Below are positions 1 through 8,463 of a stretch of DNA of 28,680 bases, in pieces; positions within the stretch are counted from its first letter, which is position 1; each line of letters begins with the position of its first letter. Position numbers and translations under genes: made by a program. Below the pieces are notes generated by a model. It ran no database searches. It had not been told where the DNA came from and saw nothing but the letters and a program-made list of their open reading frames with translations. This DNA comes from Thermoproteota archaeon (GTDB lineage: Archaea > Korarchaeota > Korarchaeia > Korarchaeales > Korarchaeaceae). Where the stretch lies: the NCBI GenBank assembly GCA_015522685.1, contig WALU01000011.1:1-28680 (forward strand), in the 5' to 3' direction.

Positions 1-156
1 CCTATATAGGGGCCCCAGGACTTCCTCCTTCACTTCTCTCTCTGTGGGAGCTTTTTTCCAATAGTTAGGGAATATCTTCTCTAGGAGCCTTCCACTGAAT
101 ACGCTCTTAGATCCAGATGGACATGTGCCAACCATTATGACATTGGAGTCCGCCAT
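1..156 (-). pseudogene. fixC: FixC-like (ETF-associated FAD oxidoreductase) N-terminal remnant, runs off the window edge
   Basis: Manual translation from ATG at 156 (preceded by GGGGTG): MADSNVIMVGTCPSGSKSVFSGRLLEKIFPNYWKKAPTEREVKEEVLGPLYR. It resembles FixC 'VIVVGAGPAG...GSKNV.GGRLY..LEKI.P.FW.EAPVER', with a degenerate GxGxxG motif and the intervening segment apparently deleted. It lies directly downstream of an etfA remnant. Confidence 0.7.
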
Positions 157-159
157 GTC

Positions 160-472
160 TCAAGCACCCCTTGATTTCCTTTAGCTTTTTGGCTAATATA
201 GAGATAAACTGATAGAGGTTCATCACCACTCCATAATTAGGCTGTTTGAATATAAGAGCATTAGAATCGGTGTTTGTAACTACAACTAAACCTGAATCCA
301 TAATACCAGTGGCAAATTGCTACTGCCCAGAAGCCCCCTATAACTATGAATAATTGGAGAACTACTCTAAATCCGCTTATTCCTATACAGACTCCTTTGG
401 CATCCATTTTTAGATCAGCAGCAATGGTCTTGTAGATCCAACAATCTCTCCCAGAGCATCAACTACTTCATA
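160..472 (-). pseudogene. etfA: Electron transfer flavoprotein alpha subunit (EtfA/FixB) C-terminal remnant with frameshifts and a stop
   Basis: Minus-strand fragments in changing frames: YEVVDALGEIVGSTRP / IAADLK / WMPKES / IGISGFRVVLQLFIVIG / GASGQ*QFATGIMDSGLVVVTNTDSNALIFKQPNYGVVMNLYQFISILAKKLKEIK. They follow the EtfA FAD-binding domain order (VG.SRP, IG.SG..V.P.LYIA.GISGQ.QH..G...S..IVAIN.D..APIF..ADYG.V.DL). Confidence 0.85.
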
Positions 473-723
473 TGTTCCAGAAGGTGGTCACCATATAACG
501 AAGCTAATTCTCGGAAGATTCCTATTTGGCAAGGAACACCTGCTGAATAAGAAACGATAACTGCATCCGGTTCAATCACTTATTTTCGATATCTTATCAT
601 ACCTTAAAGTAAATGACCTAGAGATTGGAAGTAATCGTATAGCATATTTATAATAAAATCAAAAAGCCTAAAATAAGGAATGGAAATTTCGAGAAACATT
701 CCGCTTATAAAGAAACTAAATGT

Positions 724-1038
724 ATGAAGCTGGGGATTCCATTGAAGGTTAAGATGATCGATATAGAAGGAATTCCCTTCATGGGTATCGAGATAGATAT
801 GCCAAATTCTCCTCCCCTGATCCTGATAAAAGGGAGGAAAAGTTTTGCTATGTGCGGCTTCCTTAATATGGATACAGCAGAAAAAATTGGAGCGCTAGCC
901 ATAGCATCTAGCGGAGTTAATAGCATTAAAGATTTAATGAATGCAGAAGTCAAAGGAGCTACTAGTAAGGTATTGGAAAGAGGGGTCAAGCTAGGAGATA
1001 ATATAGCAAGAACGCTGGTTAAAATAGAATCGGAGTGA
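724..1038 (+). CDS. YunC / DUF1805 family protein
   Basis: Motifs PLILIKG..FAMCGFLN...AEK.G..A....GV.SI.DL.NA.V...T......GV..G are typical of DUF1805. The true start may be slightly downstream. Confidence 0.85.
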   Translation: MKLGIPLKVKMIDIEGIPFMGIEIDMPNSPPLILIKGRKSFAMCGFLNMDTAEKIGALAIASSGVNSIKDLMNAEVKGATSKVLERGVKLGDNIARTLVKIESE

Positions 1039-2168
1039 AGAGATTGCCCGCCTTTAGATGCATTAGGTGTGGCTATACTTCCTTCAAATACTCCACTAAA
1101 TGCCCTAAATGTGGTTTCCTCATGGAACTAATTCCTGATAAACTAGAATGGTCACTAGATAAGGAAGAGCCGAGTATATGGAGGTATCGTCAATTACTCT
1201 CTCCTCCTATCAAGGAGGTCAGCCTAGGGGAAGGACTAACTCCCCTCAGAAGAGTGGGAGGTATTCTGATAAAGGACGAAACCAGAAATCCAACAGGATC
1301 GTATGTTGATAGAGGATCTTCTGTTCTAACAAGCTGCTTGAAACTGCCTAAAGAAGTTAGCTTGGGCTTTTCTCAAGATATAACCTCCTCTTTAGCCACT
1401 TATCTAGTTAAGGCCGGAATTAAAGTTAAGATAGATGTAGATCCTGAGAACGTTGAGCTAACGGAGCTTCTCTACCTATCCGGCCTGGATGTGGAGATAT
1501 CTTATGGCAAAGGAATCGGCATTGTGTATAAAAGTCCTTATATGATAGAAGGGTTCAAGACAATAGCATATGAGATAGCAGAGAGTAGAAGCGATATTGA
1601 TGGGGTCATAGTACCTGCTGAATCTGGAGTTTTAGCCTATAGCTTAATGAAAGGATTCAAAGAGCTTGAGGAAATGGGCATATTATCTTCCCCTCCTATG
1701 TACCTAGCTCACCATGGGGGTATTGTCACCGAACTAATCGAGATATTAGAATCGCAAGGAGCCAGAATTGTAGAGGTAAAAGCTGCTGATGCTCTAAGAT
1801 CTCTGATTCAGCTAGCGAGAAAGGGCATATATGTTAAACCAGTAGCGGCTAAATCTTACTCCTTAGCCGAGGAGCTGGGAGGGAACAAAGTAGCTATACT
1901 CACTGGCTCAGGTTTAAGGAAGTGGTCCCACGAGCTTGAGCAAAAACCCTTAACCCCTCTTCAGAGAAAGATCCTCTCTGTAATGAAAGAGGAGAATGAA
2001 ATGACAGCCTATCAGATCTGGCGCAAAGTAGATGAAGCTTCGCTTCAGGGAGTATATAAAGCTCTTTCTAAACTTGTTGATATGGGAATAGTTCAAAAAA
2101 AGAGTATTATGTCAAAAAGGAGAAAAATAAGGGTTTATACAGCTAAAGGATGGGAGAAGAATAGATAA
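1035..2168 (+). CDS. Threonine synthase-like fold-type II PLP protein with N-terminal Zn ribbon and C-terminal winged HTH; catalytic Lys absent
   Basis: N-terminal CxxC...CxxC, then SIWRY, SLGEGLTPL and KDETRNPTGSYVDRG (V in place of K), EGFKTIAYEIAE. C-terminal LTPLQRKILSVM...MTAYQIW...SLQGVYKALSKLVDMGIV is wHTH-like. GTGA overlap with the upstream stop. Confidence 0.85.
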   Translation: MKRLPAFRCIRCGYTSFKYSTKCPKCGFLMELIPDKLEWSLDKEEPSIWRYRQLLSPPIKEVSLGEGLTPLRRVGGILIKDETRNPTGSYVDRGSSVLTSCLKLPKEVSLGFSQDITSSLATYLVKAGIKVKIDVDPENVELTELLYLSGLDVEISYGKGIGIVYKSPYMIEGFKTIAYEIAESRSDIDGVIVPAESGVLAYSLMKGFKELEEMGILSSPPMYLAHHGGIVTELIEILESQGARIVEVKAADALRSLIQLARKGIYVKPVAAKSYSLAEELGGNKVAILTGSGLRKWSHELEQKPLTPLQRKILSVMKEENEMTAYQIWRKVDEASLQGVYKALSKLVDMGIVQKKSIMSKRRKIRVYTAKGWEKNR

Positions 2169-2169
2169 G

Positions 2170-2361
2170 ATGACAAAATATAGAGATAGAGATATAAGAT
2201 TTCTAAAAAAGGTGTTGGTAAATTTGAATGAAAACTCTTTCTTTAAGGCTTTAAGAACATTGTTCTCTCAAGGAGAAGATCCTTGGGATATCATCTTAAG
2301 GCTAATGAGCAATATGGAGAATATATGGAGGTTATATGAAGATGATAAGAGTATGGCTTAA
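2170..2361 (+). CDS. Small hypothetical protein (possibly a gene remnant)
   Basis: 63-aa ORF starting 1 nt after the previous stop, with protein-like helical composition. No recognisable family. Confidence 0.4.
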   Translation: MTKYRDRDIRFLKKVLVNLNENSFFKALRTLFSQGEDPWDIILRLMSNMENIWRLYEDDKSMA

Positions 2362-2539
2362 AATGATCGATCTAGAAGTTGATGTCGAAGCTATATAGCA
2401 AAACAGTGCACAAATACTAACTAGCTATGAGCCTCCCACTACAACTAGAAACTATATGAAGGAACAGAAAAAATTACAATTGCTAGCAAGTCAGGGGTAA
2501 GGTGAGTAAGAAATATTTTGCTTCTAGTGGGTTAGTCAG

Positions 2540-3379
2540 ATGCTTCCTAAAAGCTTGATGCTTGGTACATTAGCTATTCTAGGCGTAGCTGCAATATGGG
2601 GAGGAACTTTTACAGCGATGAAACTGGCTTTTTATGCAGCCGATCCAATGTCCTTTCTAGCTCTCAGGTTTTCCTTTGCCATATTAGCCCTATTTTTGAT
2701 ATACCTAATAAAAAAGGAGAGGCCAAATATATCCAAAATTGGAATAGTTATTGGCTTGATAGTATTTATCTCGTATGCTTTACAGGTAGAGGGATTGAAG
2801 CATATATCAGCAACAAAGTCGGCTTTTATCACAGGACTAGATGTCCCATTAGTTCCTCTGCTTGGATTCATTCTTTTTAGAAGTAAGCCCAAGATTAGGG
2901 CCATTGTAGCTATAATCATAGGTATAATGGGGCTCTTCCTGCTTACCGGTGCCACATATGAATCGCTCACTATAGGAGATCTCCTCACTATAGGATGCGC
3001 TATCATCTGGGCACTACAGGTTGTAATCGTAGACAGGGCTGTTAAGGGGGTAAGCCCCCTAGATATAGCATTTAATGAATCATTCTCAACGCTACTGCTT
3101 GCAATGACCTTTTCTCCCTTGCTTGGTGAATATAATATACCTTTCAATGAGACTGTTTTATGGAGTGCTCTATATACAGGCATTCTAGCTACAGCTCTAG
3201 CATTCTTCCTTCAGGCTTGGGCTCAGAGGATAATTCCTCCTGAATCAGCAGCTCTAGGCTTAATGGCCGAGCCCATCTTTGCTTACTTTCTCTCTTGGAT
3301 TATACTGGGTGAAGTTCTTACTTCTTTACAGGTGATAGGAGCGATCTTAATACTAATATCAATACCCCTAGCTAGCTGA
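2540..3379 (+). CDS. EamA / DMT superfamily transporter
   Basis: About 10 hydrophobic helices in two repeats. Motifs IWGGTF, LRF, GL..ISATKSAFIT.L...LVPL, GDLL, QAWAQ, EPIFA, ILGE. Confidence 0.95.
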   Translation: MLPKSLMLGTLAILGVAAIWGGTFTAMKLAFYAADPMSFLALRFSFAILALFLIYLIKKERPNISKIGIVIGLIVFISYALQVEGLKHISATKSAFITGLDVPLVPLLGFILFRSKPKIRAIVAIIIGIMGLFLLTGATYESLTIGDLLTIGCAIIWALQVVIVDRAVKGVSPLDIAFNESFSTLLLAMTFSPLLGEYNIPFNETVLWSALYTGILATALAFFLQAWAQRIIPPESAALGLMAEPIFAYFLSWIILGEVLTSLQVIGAILILISIPLAS

Positions 3380-3754
3380 TCTTAATTTATCATTTTCTGT
3401 CCTCTGATCCATAAATCCCACCAATTGCCAATCCATCAGACAAGCTTACTACAATGCTCAGAACCTCTTATCTAATTTCCAATTGCTCACTAACTTCTCC
3501 CTATGCTTGTACTTAGAAAACCATTTATAACATCAGCTATGAATAGTTGAGGCGTTTTTACAGGAACCAAAACACTCACAATAACTATAGTAAGGGCGCA
3601 AATGCCTCATCTATACTTACTCGTCATGGAATAGGATAAAAATAATGATAAATTATTCGAGCATACATGAACATAGATATAATGCATCTACCTGAAATAA
3701 TAGCTAACTAATACCTTGCGAAAGTAAAAGAAAAGGGCGGCAAAAAGGTGAAGT

Positions 3755-4426
3755 TTAGATCTTCTTATAACAAAGCCACCAGTCGTAGCACTCGAATTCT
3801 CCCGCTTTAGCTTTCTCTAGTCTCTCCTTAGCGGTTTCTACATCGCTAGCAGGAGGTATTATTACATTATCTCCTATTAGCTCGTTCTCTGGCCAATTAG
3901 CAGATATAGCCACGTCATACTTATCCGAAGTCTGGAGAGCTTTCACGGCCCTGAGTATCTCATCCATGTTCCTGCCCACTTCTTGCGGATAGTACAGTAT
4001 CAACCTTATTATCCCATTGGGATCTACGACAAATACTGCTCTTACAGTACTGGTCCCCTTACTTGGATGTATTAGACCCAGTTTAGCTGACACACTACCT
4101 ACATCATCAGCTATTATTGGAAATTCTATCTTCACGTCGAGCTTCTCCTCTATCCATTCGATCCATTTAATGTGACTGAAGGTCTGGTCTATACTCAGGC
4201 CAATAAGCTCCGTGTTGAGCTCCTTGAACTTCTCATATCTTTTCTGGAAGGCGACAAACTCTGTTGTACAAACAGGCGTGAAATCTGCTGGATGACTGAA
4301 TAAGATGAACCACCTGCCCTTAAATTGATCAGGGAGCTTGATCTTACCATGAGTTGTCTTGACTTCTATTTCAGGGAATTTATCGCCTAAAAGAGGCATT
4401 CTAGTAGCTCCTTCCATCCTCATCAC
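3755..4426 (-). CDS. Peroxiredoxin (Prx6 / archaeal type)
   Basis: [15 protein letters not shown] peroxidatic motif, [15 protein letters not shown] and C-terminal CYDWWLC. Confidence 0.97.
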   Translation of the reverse strand: MMRMEGATRMPLLGDKFPEIEVKTTHGKIKLPDQFKGRWFILFSHPADFTPVCTTEFVAFQKRYEKFKELNTELIGLSIDQTFSHIKWIEWIEEKLDVKIEFPIIADDVGSVSAKLGLIHPSKGTSTVRAVFVVDPNGIIRLILYYPQEVGRNMDEILRAVKALQTSDKYDVAISANWPENELIGDNVIIPPASDVETAKERLEKAKAGEFECYDWWLCYKKI

Positions 4427-4693
4427 CTATACTCGATTAGCCAAATTATCCCTAACATGAGACATTTTTAATTATTCGGTTAGAAAATTAAAATATATCT
4501 TTTTATTATTTAAAATGAAGGAAATATCATACTATCAATATTAGAGGAATTAAACATATATTTTTCATATAAATGATCCATAACTACATTATAATATACG
4601 AAACAAGAATGAATTATTCAGTAGTTAACTAATTCGCAAATAAGCCGAAACATTAGTTTAATATCTATCTGACCTTGAAGCTAAGGGGATAGC

Positions 4694-6229
4694 TTGGCCC
4701 ATGTCGTAGGGCAAGAACCTCTGATTAGAATGGTAAATATTGTAAAGGAATTCCCCGGGGTTATAGCTAACGATCATGTCAATTTTGAGTTATCTCCCGG
4801 CGAGATACATGCTCTCCTAGGAGAGAATGGAGCAGGAAAGACTACCTTAATGAACATACTCTATGGCCTATACCAGCCGAATGAGGGTGAGATTTACATT
4901 AAGGGAAGGAAGGTGAAGATAAAAAATCCTAGAGATGCTCTATGGCTAGGCATAGGAATGGTTCACCAGCACTTCCTCTTGGTAGAGAGACATACTGTGG
5001 CAGAGAACCTTGCCTTGGGCTACACTCGAAGGCAAGTAAATCCATTAAATGAAATAAGAGATAAGATAAGAGAATTCTCAATAAAGTACCATCTCAAGAT
5101 AGATCCAGATAGTTATATTTGGCAGCTATCTGCTGGAGAACAGCAAAAGGCAGAGATAATAAAAGCTCTTTATTCAGGGGCAGAGATATTGATTCTCGAT
5201 GAACCAACTTCCGTTCTCACTCCTCAAGAATCTAGCGAACTCTTTTCTATAATCAAGAAGATGAGGGATGAGGGGAAAGGGATAGTATTCATAACCCATA
5301 AGCTAGCGGAGGTATTCGCTGTAGCTGACAAAGTCACGGTTATGAGAAAGGGAAAAGTAATTGGGACGCTTCCTATGAAAGAAGCTAGCAAGGAAAAACT
5401 GGCTAGTATGATGGTTGGGAGGGAGGTCGTCTTTGTAATTAAAAAGAAGCCTTTTAAACCAGGAAAACCTGTATTAGAGGTTAGAAACTTAGTTGTTCTA
5501 GGAGATAGGGGAAGAGAAGCAGTTAAGAGTGTATCTTTTACTGTTAGGGAAGGAGAAATTCTAGGGATAGCTGGTGTTGCTGGTAATGGGCAAAAGGAAC
5601 TTATTCACGCTATAGTTGGATTGAGACGTATAAAAAGCGGCAGAGTAAGGATAATGAGTACAGATGCCACTAACAAATCACCAAGGGAAATAGCTGACTT
5701 GGGAGTTGGTCACATACCAGAGGAGAGGCTTAAGTTCGGTATAGTCCCGGACATGAGTGTAGCAGAAAATTCCATACTTAAGAGTTATTATAAGCCTCCT
5801 TACAGAAAAGGGTTCTTGATAGATTATTCTAAAGTTAGAGAGCTGGCTGAGGACCTAATAAAGGAATATAATATAGCAGTCCCTACGCCCGGCACGTTAG
5901 CTAAACTTTTGTCTGGCGGCAATATGCAGAAGCTCATCGTAGGTAGGGAGCTAAAGAGGAGGCCTAAGCTCATAATAGCTTCTAATCCAACTTTTGGGCT
6001 TGATGTGGGAGCTACGGAGTATATAAGGAAAATGCTCTTGCAAGAGAGAGATGAAGGAGCCGCAATTCTTCTGGTCTCTAGTGATCTAGATGAAGTGATG
6101 CAGCTGAGTGATAGGGTAGCTGTGATGTTTAATGGGGAAATTGTGGGAATTGTGGAGCCTGAAGAGGTAACGATAAAAGAGATGAGCCTTATGATGTCAG
6201 GAATTAGGCTAGAGGAGGCGGTTAAATAG
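4694..6229 (+). CDS. ABC transporter ATP-binding protein (CUT2 / nucleoside type, tandem NBD)
   Basis: GENGAGKTT Walker A, LSAGEQQK, ILDEPT, FITHKL; second domain has GVAGNGQ and LSGGNMQK. TTG start. Confidence 0.95.
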   Translation: MAHVVGQEPLIRMVNIVKEFPGVIANDHVNFELSPGEIHALLGENGAGKTTLMNILYGLYQPNEGEIYIKGRKVKIKNPRDALWLGIGMVHQHFLLVERHTVAENLALGYTRRQVNPLNEIRDKIREFSIKYHLKIDPDSYIWQLSAGEQQKAEIIKALYSGAEILILDEPTSVLTPQESSELFSIIKKMRDEGKGIVFITHKLAEVFAVADKVTVMRKGKVIGTLPMKEASKEKLASMMVGREVVFVIKKKPFKPGKPVLEVRNLVVLGDRGREAVKSVSFTVREGEILGIAGVAGNGQKELIHAIVGLRRIKSGRVRIMSTDATNKSPREIADLGVGHIPEERLKFGIVPDMSVAENSILKSYYKPPYRKGFLIDYSKVRELAEDLIKEYNIAVPTPGTLAKLLSGGNMQKLIVGRELKRRPKLIIASNPTFGLDVGATEYIRKMLLQERDEGAAILLVSSDLDEVMQLSDRVAVMFNGEIVGIVEPEEVTIKEMSLMMSGIRLEEAVK

Positions 6230-6231
6230 GA

Positions 6232-7311
6232 ATGAAAATAAAGATAAAGATAGTTAGACGTTTAGAGGCTAGCAAAAGAACAATAATACTGGCTAGGATA
6301 TTATCTGTAGCTTTAGCACTGCTGACGGCATCCCTGGTGTTTCTAATGTATAGGGTAGATCCACTCACAGTTTATGGTTCTATCTTCTCGAATGCCTTCG
6401 CTACTCAGACTGGTCTAGCGGAATCCATTGTGCGAATGATACCTCTTCTCCTAGTCAGCTCTGGTTTAGCCTTAGTATTCATGAATGGATTCTGGAACAT
6501 AGGGGCAGAAGGCCAGCTACTGGCAGGGGCCATGGCGGCCTATCTTACCGCTATAACCCTATCTTGGCTACCTCCTTTGATCTTAATTCCAATTCTCTTC
6601 ACCTTTGGCTTTCTAGCTGGTGCTCTATGGGGAATAATTCCGGCAATTCTGAAGGCTAAGCTTAACGTTAATGAGGTAATCTCAACCTTAATGCTCTACT
6701 ACACCCTCTACTGGTTCTTTCAACACCTTATCCATGGACCTTGGGAGGCTAAGGAGAAGGTAGGTCAGCTCACCTATGGAGGTTTCGCTCACACAGGAGT
6801 TATACCCAAATCATCGCAGCTTCCCCTAATAGCAGGAACTAGGATACATTGGCCGACCTTGATAATTGCAATCATGGCATCAATCCTCGTGTACTTCCTC
6901 GTAACTAAAACGCCTTTAGGTTATGAGATGAGAGTGGTAGGAGATAATTCTAGCGCTGCTAAGGCTGCAGGAATGAGTTATCTGAAAGTGATAACGCTAG
7001 CCATGGTGATAAGTGGAGGATTAGCTGGCATAGCAGGCGTAGGAGAGCTTTGCGGTATACAGTTAAGATTTACACCAGAATTTCTCTCTGGATATGGATT
7101 TTCCGGTATAATAACTGCTTGGCTTGGAGGAATAAATCCAATAAGCCTTATCATAACAAATTTCCTTTATGGAGGGCTATTGGTTGGCGGTGAGTATATA
7201 ATGATAAATTATAGGCTCCCAATAGGGGTTGTTGATATGTTTAATGGCATAATACTCTTCTTTGTACTTTCTGGCGATTTCTTCACGAGATACAAGGTGA
7301 AGATATCATGA
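6232..7311 (+). CDS. ABC transporter permease (nucleoside type, first subunit)
   Basis: WNIGAEGQ, NEVISTLML, GYEMRVVG.N..AA..AGM, SGGLAGIAG, GYGFSGI; multiple TM helices. Confidence 0.95.
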   Translation: MKIKIKIVRRLEASKRTIILARILSVALALLTASLVFLMYRVDPLTVYGSIFSNAFATQTGLAESIVRMIPLLLVSSGLALVFMNGFWNIGAEGQLLAGAMAAYLTAITLSWLPPLILIPILFTFGFLAGALWGIIPAILKAKLNVNEVISTLMLYYTLYWFFQHLIHGPWEAKEKVGQLTYGGFAHTGVIPKSSQLPLIAGTRIHWPTLIIAIMASILVYFLVTKTPLGYEMRVVGDNSSAAKAAGMSYLKVITLAMVISGGLAGIAGVGELCGIQLRFTPEFLSGYGFSGIITAWLGGINPISLIITNFLYGGLLVGGEYIMINYRLPIGVVDMFNGIILFFVLSGDFFTRYKVKIS

Positions 7312-8246
7312 CGGCTGGGGCAGGCCTAGTTGAAGATATCATCTGGGTAGGCCTGAGATCAGCTACCCCCCTCCTACTAGCAGCCTTGGGGGAGATATAT
7401 GCAGAGAGATCAGGTATTCTCAATCTAGGAGTTGAAGGAATGATGGCTATGGGTGCTTTAGGCTCTTTTATAGCTTCTTTGCTCACTGGAAACCCGTGGA
7501 TAGGTGTCCTTATAGGTATAATCGCTGGGACCTTGATGTCCTCTATTCACGGATTAGTGAGCATAAGCCTCAAGGGAAATCAGGTTGTTTCCGGGCTTGC
7601 CCTCACCATGTTCGGTTTAGGGCTTAGCAGCGTTATAGGAAGAGCATATGTAGGAAATCAGCTACCTGTTGATGCCAGATTTCTCCCGAAACCCTTTAAA
7701 CCTCTCTCATCCATTCCTCTAATTGGGAAGATATTATTTGAACAAGATCCTCTATTTTATGTAGGCATTATCCTTGCGGTACTCCTATGGTACATCCTAA
7801 ATAGGACTAGAGTTGGAATCATAATAAGGTCTACAGGAGAGAACCCTGCGGCAGTAGATGCATTGGGAATAAGTGTTTCTAAGGTTAGGTATGGAAGTAC
7901 GCTATTAGGAGGAGCTTTAGCAGGTTTAGCAGGAGCTTATCTCTCTATATCATATAGTCCTGCATGGATAGAGAATATGACAGCTGGAAGAGGTTGGATA
8001 GCCTTAGCTCTTGTAATATTTGCCCTATGGGACCCAATCAAGGCTCTATTTGGCGCTTATCTATTTGGTGTAGTTGAGGCGAGTGGTTACACTTTACAAG
8101 CATTTGGATATAGCCAATGGCTTCTCAATGGGCTACCTTATCTCCTGACGGTTGTGATCTTAACGTTCGGTGCTACCGAGTCTATGAGAAGGAAAATGGG
8201 TGCACCATTGGCTTTGGGAATACCCTATGATAGGGAAGAAAGGTAG
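7308..8246 (+). CDS. ABC transporter permease (nucleoside type, second subunit)
   Basis: ATPLLLAALGE..AERSGILNLGVEGMM, NQVVSGLA, GENPAAVDALGI, GRGWIALA. ATGA overlap with the upstream gene. Confidence 0.95.
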   Translation: MTAGAGLVEDIIWVGLRSATPLLLAALGEIYAERSGILNLGVEGMMAMGALGSFIASLLTGNPWIGVLIGIIAGTLMSSIHGLVSISLKGNQVVSGLALTMFGLGLSSVIGRAYVGNQLPVDARFLPKPFKPLSSIPLIGKILFEQDPLFYVGIILAVLLWYILNRTRVGIIIRSTGENPAAVDALGISVSKVRYGSTLLGGALAGLAGAYLSISYSPAWIENMTAGRGWIALALVIFALWDPIKALFGAYLFGVVEASGYTLQAFGYSQWLLNGLPYLLTVVILTFGATESMRRKMGAPLALGIPYDREER

Positions 8247-8274
8247 ATTATAAAGAAAAATAAGAGTGAGACTA

Positions 8275-8354
8275 GGTGTGGAGAGGCTCGCAATCCCCCA
8301 TGAGGCCTATCCTCACCCGCGGGTCTCTCCATGCTGCCGCCCACGGCAGCCTCC
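8275..8354. ncRNA. Candidate structured RNA element (GC-rich double hairpin), family unknown
   Basis: GC-rich island in an AT-rich intergenic region. 8275-8291 pairs with 8319-8335 (17 bp including 5 G-U on the + strand), with apical TGAGG/CCTCA, followed by the GCTGCCG-CCCA-CGGCAGC hairpin (8333-8350). TATA-like TTATAAAG at 8248-8255. Confidence 0.5.
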
Positions 8355-8407
8355 TAATAAGCCTCATACTTACTTGAAAACTTTTCGGTGCAGGTGAAAA
8401 GACTGAG

Positions 8408-8426
8408 ATACATTTATGAAATGTAT
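8408..8426. promoter_or_regulatory. Perfect 8-bp inverted repeat, candidate operator upstream of the BMP gene
   Basis: ATACATTT-ATG-AAATGTAT, overlapping a TATA-like TTTATGAA about 45 nt upstream of the ATG at 8464. Confidence 0.45.
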
Positions 8427-8463
8427 GCTTGTAGTAGAGTATCACCCCCCATGAGGTGTTGTT

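Noticed and set aside
107-301. 64-aa ORF as an independent gene
   Set aside because: It is the last fragment of the etfA pseudogene, reading on into the fixC start in another frame.
3582-3613. Loose resemblance to an LSU rRNA segment (TAACTAT...TAAGG...CAAATGCCTC)
   Set aside because: The match is short and gapped with no flanking rRNA similarity, so it is probably chance.
8229-8345. Small minus-strand ORF (GTG-GGSMERPAGEDRPHGGLRASPHLVSLLFFFIIYLSSLS) behind AGGAGG
   Set aside because: It is very short, overlaps the permease end and the hairpin element, and is better explained by the RNA structure. It cannot be fully excluded.
8387-8450. Possible TPP riboswitch (GGTGC...CTGAGA)
   Set aside because: The downstream ACCC / ACCTGAT / GCGTAGGGA core elements are absent.
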